Shown here piece after piece: positions 35,879 to 43,168 of a DNA stretch of 43,168 nt. Numbering within the stretch: position 1 is the first letter of the stretch; every line of letters begins with the position of its first letter. Both the position numbers and the translations under genes were made by a program. This stretch comes from a virus (lineage: Duplodnaviria; Caudoviricetes), in IMG/VR virus record IMGVR_UViG_3300025103_000048, positions 1 through 43,168 of that record, one strand, 5' to 3'. A model generated the notes under the pieces. That model saw only the letters and a program-made list of their open reading frames with translations. It did not search any database and was not told the origin of the DNA.

Positions 35879-37452
35879 TAAAGTACCTCTCTAAGGTTAA
35901 ATGTTTCTGTACTAAACCTTAACTTTCCTGCGCTACCTTCTATAGAACAAGGTCGGTTCTTCTGAACGGTTATGTACGTTGTATTTTTCTCTTCTAATGT
36001 GTTAGCTTCTTTGTCCCTTTGTAAGTCAAGAACAACAGAAGCCCTCTGCCCAATCATCTTACAATACTTGGGGTCTCCATACTCATTAGTGTGGGCAATA
36101 GTCACGATACCTATGTTAAGATCAGCCGCAAGTTTAGACAGCCTGACAGACAAATCAGCGAGCTGTTGTTCCTTACTCTCCTCTGAACTACCTGTGACGA
36201 CATCTTGGATTGGTTCAAAGAATACAAACTTACAACCACAAGCCTGACTAAAAAACCTGATCTGGTCACACAAGTCATCAGACCCTTGACCGTCCTCAAG
36301 ATAGAATTGATACAGTAGTTCATCCTTAGTCAACTTCCTGATAGCATCTTTAACACGGTCTTCTGCACCTTTCTCTGCAATCAAGTCCCTGCGTGTGAGG
36401 TTGTCCCTAGCTACATAGGAAACTAGGCCAAGCAGTGATCGTAATTTAGTCTCTTCCAAGTGCCATGTAGCTATTGGAACATTGCGTTGTATCATGTTGT
36501 ACTCAAGGTATCGCATGACCTCAGTCTTACCAATACCAGTGGGCGCTTTAATAACAGTGAAGTGACCTTGCATAAGCCCTAAGATTTTATCATCAAGTGC
36601 TTCTATGCCTGTTGGCACATACTGGTGTTCTGGTGTATCCTCATACAAACTTATAAACTGCTCAGTAGTGTGAAAGATGTTTTCTGGCACATACTTTGAA
36701 GCATTGAACCAAGCAGCTTTAAACTCTACAGCAGCACCATTAACTAGGAAGTCGTTGGCATCTTTGTGCTTGTTGTGAGGAACCCTATAGACTTTGTTAG
36801 GGAACATTTTAGCTATCTTATCCGCTACAGCATCCCCTGCTTCATCGTTGTCTATTGATAGGACAATCTTACTAAAGCTATCAAGGTAAGGCTTGCAGTT
36901 TTCCCACATAGATTTAGAGGGGGTGGCTGATGGTAACGACACAACAGGGTTTAGGTAGGCCTCACTCGTAGTTAACATCTGGTAAGCAGACATGGCATCT
37001 ACTTCACCCTCTGTAATAGTAAGTGTTTTAGAACAACCCGCAGTAAAGAAGTTCATACCAAACAACTCTTGCTTGAAACCTTGGCTAGTGTAAAAGCCTT
37101 TCTCTTTAAGGTTTCTGGTTTTAATTCCCCCAGAGGGGTACACATAATTCTGCGTGTCCTTATCACCATAAGTCAGAACATTATAATGCTCCATTGTTCT
37201 TTCTGAGATACCTCGTATAGATACATACTTACCATCACCTTGGGTCTCTCTTACCTTGGCCGAACTCTTTTGACCGACAGGTGGGTACTTCTCTTTAGCC
37301 CAAGAGAAAGTAATCTCCTTTGATGGATAGGCTGTATTACAAGAGTGGCACTGGCCGAACCCTCTTGTATTATAGCAAAATGCATCAGAAGAGCCACAAG
37401 CCTCGTAGGGACATGGCAAGCCACGTATATTCTCATGTACATCTTTAGGCAT
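35878..37452 (-). CDS. primase-helicase (T7 gp4-like)
   Basis: Zn finger CPYEAC..CHSC, TOPRIM TEGEVDA and DNDEAG, KDAND, Walker A APTGIGKT, KNR. Confidence 0.93.
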   Translation of the reverse strand: MPKDVHENIRGLPCPYEACGSSDAFCYNTRGFGQCHSCNTAYPSKEITFSWAKEKYPPVGQKSSAKVRETQGDGKYVSIRGISERTMEHYNVLTYGDKDTQNYVYPSGGIKTRNLKEKGFYTSQGFKQELFGMNFFTAGCSKTLTITEGEVDAMSAYQMLTTSEAYLNPVVSLPSATPSKSMWENCKPYLDSFSKIVLSIDNDEAGDAVADKIAKMFPNKVYRVPHNKHKDANDFLVNGAAVEFKAAWFNASKYVPENIFHTTEQFISLYEDTPEHQYVPTGIEALDDKILGLMQGHFTVIKAPTGIGKTEVMRYLEYNMIQRNVPIATWHLEETKLRSLLGLVSYVARDNLTRRDLIAEKGAEDRVKDAIRKLTKDELLYQFYLEDGQGSDDLCDQIRFFSQACGCKFVFFEPIQDVVTGSSEESKEQQLADLSVRLSKLAADLNIGIVTIAHTNEYGDPKYCKMIGQRASVVLDLQRDKEANTLEEKNTTYITVQKNRPCSIEGSAGKLRFSTETFNLREVL

Positions 37453-37510
37453 ACTTGATCCTTTCTATTATTAAGACTTCACGGACGGATTAAATCAAAG
37501 GGGAACATAT

Positions 37511-37543
37511 TATAGTAGGCACCCAAAAAATGATTTAACAACC
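37511..37543 (-). promoter_or_regulatory. putative phage promoter, copy 2 (upstream of primase-helicase)
   Basis: Same 33-bp motif and spacing as 33980-34012. Confidence 0.75.
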
Positions 37544-37546
37544 GAC

Positions 37547-38149
37547 TTAAGATATATTCCGGGACTGTTGCAAATTAGTTACAATACCTCTCAACTTCTT
37601 GAAAAGCTTAACCTCTCTCTTATCAACAGCCTGTTGTGTAATTCCGAAAAATTCACCTATCTCAGCCTGAGTCATGTCTTCTGAGAACCTCATATGAACG
37701 TGTAGAAGTTCATCACTGGTTAAACCCTCTTGAATCTTAGCATTAAGTTTTTCATAGAACTCCTTGTCTTCATACGAGTTTTCTGAGGTCTCATTGAACA
37801 ATGCAAAAGTATCAAAAGGAATTATGTCAGATTTTAAGACGTTCCTCAAATATTCTATAGCTTCGTTTGTCCAATGTGTATCTCCAAAGTCCTCAGAATC
37901 TCCATCTCTAACTAGGCGCCTAGATACATCAGAGGCAGGTACACTAACAGGAAAGGTATCTAAGTTAAAGTAGTCGTGCATCTTACGATTAGCTTCACGA
38001 TATAATTTCACTGGTGGGGCATCAGGCTCTTTATCAAGTATCTCATAACACCTAAGCACCCCCTCTCCTACTAGGTCATCATAATGGGATTGGCTTTTAT
38101 ATCTCCTAGCCAAACCTTTGCACATTCCTATTATAACATTAGGTTTCAT
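37547..38149 (-). CDS. sigma-70 family-like factor
   Basis: Region 2 LARRY...DDLVGEGVL; region 4 HTH MTQAEIGEFFGITQQAV...KKLR. Confidence 0.8.
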   Translation of the reverse strand: MKPNVIIGMCKGLARRYKSQSHYDDLVGEGVLRCYEILDKEPDAPPVKLYREANRKMHDYFNLDTFPVSVPASDVSRRLVRDGDSEDFGDTHWTNEAIEYLRNVLKSDIIPFDTFALFNETSENSYEDKEFYEKLNAKIQEGLTSDELLHVHMRFSEDMTQAEIGEFFGITQQAVDKREVKLFKKLRGIVTNLQQSRNIS

Positions 38150-38358
38150 TTTTTATCCTTTGCTCGTTGTCTTTCACTCTTAGACATGGGTCTGATGTAA
38201 GGTACAACCCTTCCTGTTCCCCACTTCTTAGCTTCTTCCTCTGCTTCATGCAGGTTGTTAAACAACCAAACCTTATGGTCTTCTGTCCAAGGGTTCTCCT
38301 TACGGACATAGGTAAACTCACCTAGTTCAATCTCAATCTCTACTACATAGGGCATCAT
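38146..38358 (-). CDS. hypothetical protein
   Basis: AAGGAG RBS; coupled. Confidence 0.65.
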   Translation of the reverse strand: MMPYVVEIEIELGEFTYVRKENPWTEDHKVWLFNNLHEAEEEAKKWGTGRVVPYIRPMSKSERQRAKDKK

Positions 38359-38490
38359 TCATTCTCCTTTTACATAGGGATCATATAGCTTCTTGGCATC
38401 AGCCCATGCTAACTTCATACCGATTATGAAACCGATAGTGCCTGAACAAACTGCGACACCTGCTACTGCTAATATCTGTACTTCACTCAT
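38359..38490 (-). CDS. small single-TM hypothetical protein (43 aa)
   Basis: AAGGAG RBS before ATG 38490 (MSEVQILAVAGVAV...). Confidence 0.55.
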   Translation of the reverse strand: MSEVQILAVAGVAVCSGTIGFIIGMKLAWADAKKLYDPYVKGE

Positions 38491-38734
38491 CTTGTTTCTC
38501 CTTTTCTGTTTCATCGGGTAAGTGAGTACAGATGCACTGACTATCAGGGTGTAAGTTACAATTACAATCGGGTGTAAACGTGTGGCTCTTAATGTCATAA
38601 AAGAAGCGGTTGTTATTGATAACAATCTCTATCTTTTCTGCGTACATAGACCAATTCTCTATCACAACCCGACCGTTATTAGGAAAGAAAGAATTGTCGT
38701 ACTCATACCTTACCTCTGTATCAACATCCATCAC
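38483..38734 (-). CDS. hypothetical protein with Cys/His cluster
   Basis: Coupled to thyX; C-terminal DCNCNLHPDSQCICTH. Confidence 0.6.
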   Translation of the reverse strand: MMDVDTEVRYEYDNSFFPNNGRVVIENWSMYAEKIEIVINNNRFFYDIKSHTFTPDCNCNLHPDSQCICTHLPDETEKEKQDE

Positions 38735-39408
38735 CCTCTCCCTTTAGCTAGTGCCATCCATGACACAGGAAATAACTCATGCATCTTGTGACTGATCTGA
38801 TTAGCTACCTCTTGTGTCTCAGCTTGAGTGTCACTGGCACAACGCAGTAGGCACATATCAGAGAATGCATCCAAGCTACCTGACCAGTACCACTCAGTCA
38901 TCATTGACTGTGGCAGTACCATACGTGCCAACTCAGGTGCGGCCCCATCATAGATCATCTGGTCATATAGGTCTTTTACCTGACCTATGGCACGATCAAG
39001 TTGGTGATGATCTGGTTGCCATATCCCTTCAGACCCTTGCTTCTTATCAGCACTGCGTCCACGCCATTGATCAGGCACATAGAACTCTGGCTCATCGTCC
39101 ACATACCTACGGCTAATCTCATTCCACCGCAGGAACTTATGCTTGACCAACTGTCGTGCCACAAACACAGGGGCTTTGACATGGAAGGTAGCAAAGCAGT
39201 GACCGAATGGTGACATATGTTTGTGCTTGGCTAAGTAACGGATCAGCTTGGTATCATGGTCAGATAGTCGCTGCTCTAGCACATCTAAGTTACCCTCTCC
39301 GTCTACCTCTGCCCAATCCCATTCACTCTGCTTACCAAAGCTAACCCTAGCTGCGTTTACAACAGACAGGTCACTGCCCATATGGTCTATGTATGTTGCT
39401 TCAATCAT
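38731..39408 (-). CDS. thyX: flavin-dependent thymidylate synthase
   Basis: VVNAARVS, H.SPF, ARQLVKH...NEISRRY, ARMVLP, LR....Q.E. Confidence 0.95.
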   Translation of the reverse strand: MIEATYIDHMGSDLSVVNAARVSFGKQSEWDWAEVDGEGNLDVLEQRLSDHDTKLIRYLAKHKHMSPFGHCFATFHVKAPVFVARQLVKHKFLRWNEISRRYVDDEPEFYVPDQWRGRSADKKQGSEGIWQPDHHQLDRAIGQVKDLYDQMIYDGAAPELARMVLPQSMMTEWYWSGSLDAFSDMCLLRCASDTQAETQEVANQISHKMHELFPVSWMALAKGRG

Positions 39409-39430
39409 TCATCTTCCTTTCTTGTTGTTG

Positions 39431-39580
39431 TTAAAAAGTTGGTTCACCATTTTCATCTACCCACTGCCTATTAAACTCACCGTCAATTTTCCTCGGTGGG
39501 GGTGGCTCTTCTTTTTCTACTGGTGGGGGTAGTACACCAATTATCCTTAGCTCCATTTCCATCAGAGGGGGTAACATCAT
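39431..39580 (-). CDS. small proline-rich hypothetical protein (49 aa, not in ORF track)
   Basis: AAAGGA RBS, ATGA overlap with SleB stop; MMLPPLMEMELRIIGVLPPPVEKEEPPPPRKIDGEFNRQWVDENGEPTF. Confidence 0.6.
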   Translation of the reverse strand: MMLPPLMEMELRIIGVLPPPVEKEEPPPPRKIDGEFNRQWVDENGEPTF

Positions 39581-39972
39581 TTTCCTTTTGTCCTAGTATA
39601 GAAAATATGATCCCCTATCTTACCATCAAGAATATAGTACTTTGCCCAATAAGGCTCCACAGAGGTGTTGTGGTAGTGGGTAGACGGTATTTCGGTAGTA
39701 CCCCTGCCTAAAACGTCTTTGGCTACTGTAACAGCTATTACAGCCGCTCTACGCTCAATTTCATTATTTGTGTACCGACTGATCTTGTCGGATAGCCCAT
39801 CATGGGTAAATGAAAACTGCTTACGTTGGAACACTACTGAACAGATATCATCAGGGTACTTTACTGAGGCTACACGGTTCATCACCACTTCAGCTACAGC
39901 GTACTGACCCATTAGAGGTTGATCCCTAGCTTCAAAGAATATGGCAGTCACTAAACATGCAAGACCTGTCAT
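39577..39972 (-). CDS. SleB-like cell wall hydrolase (Hydrolase_2)
   Basis: CL..AI.FEAR.Q...GQ.AVA.V..NRV...YP..IC.VV.Q..QFS; P.W; IGDHIFY. Confidence 0.9.
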   Translation of the reverse strand: MTGLACLVTAIFFEARDQPLMGQYAVAEVVMNRVASVKYPDDICSVVFQRKQFSFTHDGLSDKISRYTNNEIERRAAVIAVTVAKDVLGRGTTEIPSTHYHNTSVEPYWAKYYILDGKIGDHIFYTRTKGK

Positions 39973-40003
39973 TATATACCCTCAAAGATTGATTTAACTA
40001 CAT

Positions 40004-40222
40004 TCATTGTACATAACCCTCTAGTTCAAGTTTCTCTAAGGCGTACTTCTGTTGCTCTTTGTACTTAGATAGTGCGATTTCATCTTTTGTCAAGTCTACC
40101 TCAACACCCATTAAGTCACCTTCTAAGACTAAGCCAACCTTATGACCATCTCTGATGATGTCCATGTCAACTTCCATCTCACAACCATCACGCTCTATGT
40201 ATACTCTGGTATCATACATCAT
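40004..40222 (-). CDS. hypothetical protein
   Basis: AAGGAG RBS; coupled. Confidence 0.65.
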   Translation of the reverse strand: MMYDTRVYIERDGCEMEVDMDIIRDGHKVGLVLEGDLMGVEVDLTKDEIALSKYKEQQKYALEKLELEGYVQ

Positions 40223-40503
40223 TAGTTTGTCTCCTTATACTCACTACCGTTTACTTTTATAGCCAACACTTTGTCAAGGTTAAAGCACTTATAACCTTCA
40301 CTAGTTTTGAGTGTGACATATCCGTTACTACGCAATGCTTCGGCTACAATACGTCCGCGCTCATTCCCCTTGAGGCCTTTCTGCACGTTCATGCGTCCGT
40401 TATAGGTGCGCTCCTCATCACTCTTAGTTAGGAACTTGACTGTGATGAAACTATTGCGGTTGTCAGCTATTACATTACTTACGACTGTTTTGTCTAAGGT
40501 CAT
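40222..40503 (-). CDS. hypothetical protein, possible SH3/WYL-like fold
   Basis: AAGGAG RBS; TVKF.TK..E.R....R and YKCF pattern. Confidence 0.55.
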   Translation of the reverse strand: MTLDKTVVSNVIADNRNSFITVKFLTKSDEERTYNGRMNVQKGLKGNERGRIVAEALRSNGYVTLKTSEGYKCFNLDKVLAIKVNGSEYKETN

Positions 40504-40531
40504 AAATTTCTCCTTGGTTTAGGTTAAGGCG

Positions 40532-41422
40532 TTATTGCCAAGTTAGGTCGTCTCTGATTTCTCCTAGCTCTCTGAGTAACTCATTAGCAGTATAGCCATA
40601 GGATTGCAAGAGCAAAGCTACACTTTTTGGACGCTCGGCTACAATTTGTTCTAGGTCTAGGTCAGAGAAGTAACTAGGTGTTTGCCACAATGTCTCTACC
40701 ATGTAAGGGTCACGGTCAATGACTAGCTTAGACCAATCGGCATTGATGCAAGCATCGGCTAACTTGTCCATAAACACTAGGTCTTGGGACTCTTGGCTTG
40801 TGTGCTGCTTGAAGTAACCTACAGAGATGTTGGTACACTCTGGCACATTTTCTTTGTACTCGTTGCTGTCTGTGAACGAGCCACCTGTGTCTAGGTTGTA
40901 GTCAAGGCCTAGCAAGTCTATGAGGCTGTAGGCAAAGTCATCTGAACAAGTACGCATACCCATCTGATGTGTGATGACTGAGTTGTAACCCTTGCGGTCA
41001 AAACTGATAGCAGCTTGGATGCCGTCAAAAACCTCTGGTGTCTGATATACAATATGGCTTGAACCTAAGCAGCCAACTTCTTCTGCAGCGTGTACGATAT
41101 ATAAGCCTTCTATGCGAGCCTCTATCATACGCAACATAATGTACACACCTGTGGTGCAATCTGCACCTAGGCAGTCACCTGTGGCTTTAGCGAAGTTACC
41201 ATCTACAGTAACAGGTTGTCTGCCGTTCTTGGCATGTACTGTGTCATGGTGAGACATGAAAGCAACCTTGGGTTTGGAACCAATACGAAGTATGTAGTTA
41301 CCCTTGCTGTCTGGCTGACCAAACACTGGCTTGAGGTATCTGTTACAGAACCTACGCTGTGATCGACTGCCTTCTGGTCGTCGGTATGAAACCATTTCGA
41401 TGTAGTCTTTAGTAGTTATCAT
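40532..41422 (-). CDS. M28/M20-like zinc peptidase
   Basis: SHHDTVH, LGADC..G, EEVG..GS, SFDR, TDS, NISVGY..QH. Confidence 0.85.
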   Translation of the reverse strand: MITTKDYIEMVSYRRPEGSRSQRRFCNRYLKPVFGQPDSKGNYILRIGSKPKVAFMSHHDTVHAKNGRQPVTVDGNFAKATGDCLGADCTTGVYIMLRMIEARIEGLYIVHAAEEVGCLGSSHIVYQTPEVFDGIQAAISFDRKGYNSVITHQMGMRTCSDDFAYSLIDLLGLDYNLDTGGSFTDSNEYKENVPECTNISVGYFKQHTSQESQDLVFMDKLADACINADWSKLVIDRDPYMVETLWQTPSYFSDLDLEQIVAERPKSVALLLQSYGYTANELLRELGEIRDDLTWQ

Positions 41423-41462
41423 TAGTGCTCCTTTGTTGTTGTCAATAATTAGTTATCTCATA

Positions 41463-41587
41463 TTTCCACTGGTGGGTCAAGAACTAATTTCCATCGGTGG
41501 GTCATTTTCCATCGGTGGGGCCAATTTCCATCGGTGGGGGTACTCCCATTTTCCACTGGTGGGGTCATTTTCCATCGGTGGGGGGTC
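41463..41587 (+). repeat. array of six direct repeats TTTCCA(CT/TC)GGTGGG
   Basis: Copies start at 41463, 41488, 41506, 41525, 41550, 41569. Confidence 0.9.
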
Positions 41588-41691
41588 GGCCTCACTCGCC
41601 TTAAAGGTGAATAGAATCATTCTAAAACACTCGCGCTTAGGTTGCAGCGAAAATATTTTTACACAACACGCATAGGTTGTAAGAATAGAAT

Positions 41692-41773
41692 AGTTCTAAA
41701 ACAACCTAGGGTTGAAAAATGAGTCTGCAACTTTAAAGCGAAAATACAGTTCTAAAACAACCTAGGGTTGAAA
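41692..41773. repeat. two exact 26-bp direct repeats AGTTCTAAAACAACCTAGGGTTGAAA with internal palindrome
   Basis: 41692-41717 and 41748-41773; CAACC-TAG-GGTTG dyad. Confidence 0.9.
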
Positions 41774-42029
41774 CCATATTTTGCGTCAACTCACACTTTT
41801 AAAGCGAGTTAAATTAACGTGAAACAATCTTGTATCATACAACCTAAAAGTGAGTCAACCCGATAAAGTAAAATACATCTTGGGGTTGTACCGCCCGGAG
41901 TCTAGCAATCTATAGGCGAACAGGCGGTTTTAAGCCTCACACAGTGGCGAAAGTGTGTTTTCTGGTGGTCTAGTATATAAAAAGCCTTTCCGCGATTTTG
42001 GGGCAAAATAGGTGGTTAAAAATTAGTGT

Positions 42030-42070
42030 ATAAAAAGACTTGCAATGCTGCTTTAAATGCTTATTTATTG
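42030..42070 (+). promoter_or_regulatory. possible host sigma-70 early promoter
   Basis: A-tract, TTGCAA at 42040, AT-rich -10 region near 42062-42069, ~35 nt before an RBS; -10 match imperfect. Confidence 0.35.
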
Positions 42071-42102
42071 TTTTATCAGAAATCAAACTTAGGAGAAAAG
42101 TA

Positions 42103-42417
42103 ATGGGTGTTTGGATATTAGAAACTTCCACAAATTGGGACGAAGGGTCAGACATACTTGGGGTATATAAAAATCCCTCTATCTTTGTTGAACAAAATAA
42201 TAACCTGTTTTGGGTTGAAGATGATAATGATACTTGGTTTGGTCACAAGTGTGAGAATACTGCTAAGGAACACGCCGATTGGGAAAGCCTATCATTAGAC
42301 CAGAGGAATAAGCTTAGAGAAAAAGATGGATATTCCTTTGATGTGGAGGCCCATTGGGATTCCTTCCAATATCTTGCTTGCAAGTGGAATATACAAAGAT
42401 ACAATCGCCAACTCTAA
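42103..42417 (+). CDS. hypothetical acidic, Trp-rich protein
   Basis: AGGAG RBS before ATG 42103. Confidence 0.7.
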   Translation: MGVWILETSTNWDEGSDILGVYKNPSIFVEQNNNLFWVEDDNDTWFGHKCENTAKEHADWESLSLDQRNKLREKDGYSFDVEAHWDSFQYLACKWNIQRYNRQL

Positions 42418-42448
42418 TCAACCCAATAGCAAAAAGGGAAACCCGATC

Positions 42449-43168
42449 ATGTGTTATAAAGATTTACTATCACAATTCGAAAATAGTTCACTATATCCCG
42501 AAGATGGAAACATAGATATATCACAACACTTGACCAATATTGTTTATAGTGAAACCGAAAACGCAGAACACTATGATTGCCGACGCTTTATTCAATACTT
42601 GTCGCCAAACTATGACGCGCGAAACCCAAAACTTTTGTCAGTTTATTTGAGTGTCAAAGATTTAGAAAGTGACCGCAAAACAGTTGGTAAACCTGCCAAG
42701 ATTTTGCGCAAGATCATTGGCGGTTTATCGGATCAAGCATATGAAAGTTTTGCAGTATGGTATAAAGACAATATAGAATTGGCGCTTGACGGCCTAGTGA
42801 TAAAATCGGGTGGCACATCGCAAGATTTTGAGAAAGTTTACAGCATGAAACAAGCGAAAGCCTCCGACCCGAGACTTGGCGCGTATAGGAAAAGCCTAGC
42901 TTCTAGTTGTATGCGTGCTGATTATCTTGACCGCGCAGGTAATCTCGAACGCTTGCCGCACCATCCTGTTTGGGTCTATGGCTCTGGTGATTTTGAGATC
43001 GTTTGGCTTGAAAACAGCAAGCAAGAACTATTGGCGCGTGTCGTTGTTTGTACTCGCAAGGGTCGCTATGCTGCTGCGCCTATCTATACCAATTCTTGCA
43101 TTGCGGCGGATATGCTTGACGAATATATAACCAAGAAAAAAGAGGCTTGCGAGCAACCCAAAAAAGAG
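42449..43168 (+). CDS. hypothetical protein with SCM motif (3' truncated, not in ORF track)
   Basis: Open for 240 codons to the window end: MCYKDLL...GKPAKILRK...ASSCMR...HPVWVY..GD..IVWL...LARVVV...PIY. Confidence 0.8.
   Translation, partial: MCYKDLLSQFENSSLYPEDGNIDISQHLTNIVYSETENAEHYDCRRFIQYLSPNYDARNPKLLSVYLSVKDLESDRKTVGKPAKILRKIIGGLSDQAYESFAVWYKDNIELALDGLVIKSGGTSQDFEKVYSMKQAKASDPRLGAYRKSLASSCMRADYLDRAGNLERLPHHPVWVYGSGDFEIVWLENSKQELLARVVVCTRKGRYAAAPIYTNSCIAADMLDEYITKKKEACEQPKKE

Noticed and set aside
403-39907. Many short antisense or nested ORFs in the track (e.g. 2772, 4350, 10406, 18995, 29487, 34212)
   Set aside because: They shadow well-supported genes and lack RBS and motifs.
41463-41587. 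CRISPR or mini-array
   Set aside because: Repeats are 14 bp with 4-11 nt non-unique linkers, and no cas genes are present.
41433-41675. 80-aa + strand ORF
   Set aside because: It is a translation of the repeat array with a TTG start and no RBS.
1-43168. Stop-codon reassignment
   Set aside because: Standard code gives dense intact genes, and TAA, TAG and TGA all end real genes.
1-43168. tRNA genes, integrase or repressor, introns and inteins
   Set aside because: No cloverleaf or recombinase motifs were seen, and nrdJ, polA and the helicase are uninterrupted and of normal length.

Overview
About 43 kb of a tailed dsDNA phage with siphovirus gene content, most likely lytic and infecting a marine alphaproteobacterium (inferred from class II B12-dependent RNR, DUF1127 and SleB). 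The + strand (1-28395) carries an ~10 kb fibre/adhesin cluster placed before the head genes, then head genes (XkdF-type protease, scaffold, cement, major capsid), neck and tail genes (tube, G/GT chaperones with -1 frameshift, tape measure, Dit/hub, NlpC-like, J, tail fibres) and a lysis cassette ending at an intrinsic terminator. The - strand (28454-41422) carries a T7-like replisome (primase-helicase, Pol A, putative SSB, exonuclease, endonuclease I), nucleotide-metabolism genes (NrdJ, ThyX, MazG-like, phosphoesterase, DUF3310), a phage sigma factor, SleB and a Zn peptidase. A repeat-rich non-coding switch (41423-42100) precedes a compositionally distinct + strand arm that runs off the window. 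No terminase, integrase, RNA polymerase, tRNA, CRISPR or reverse transcriptase was seen. The most notable signals are an apparently modular socket-and-plug branched fibre system, a prohead protease whose last conserved motif starts the scaffold gene, a hairpin/pseudoknot before the tail chaperone, a 33-bp promoter-like pair next to a phage sigma, a polar near-palindromic repeat array with dispersed copies, and CCWGG avoidance. All calls come from motif recognition by eye; no searches were run.
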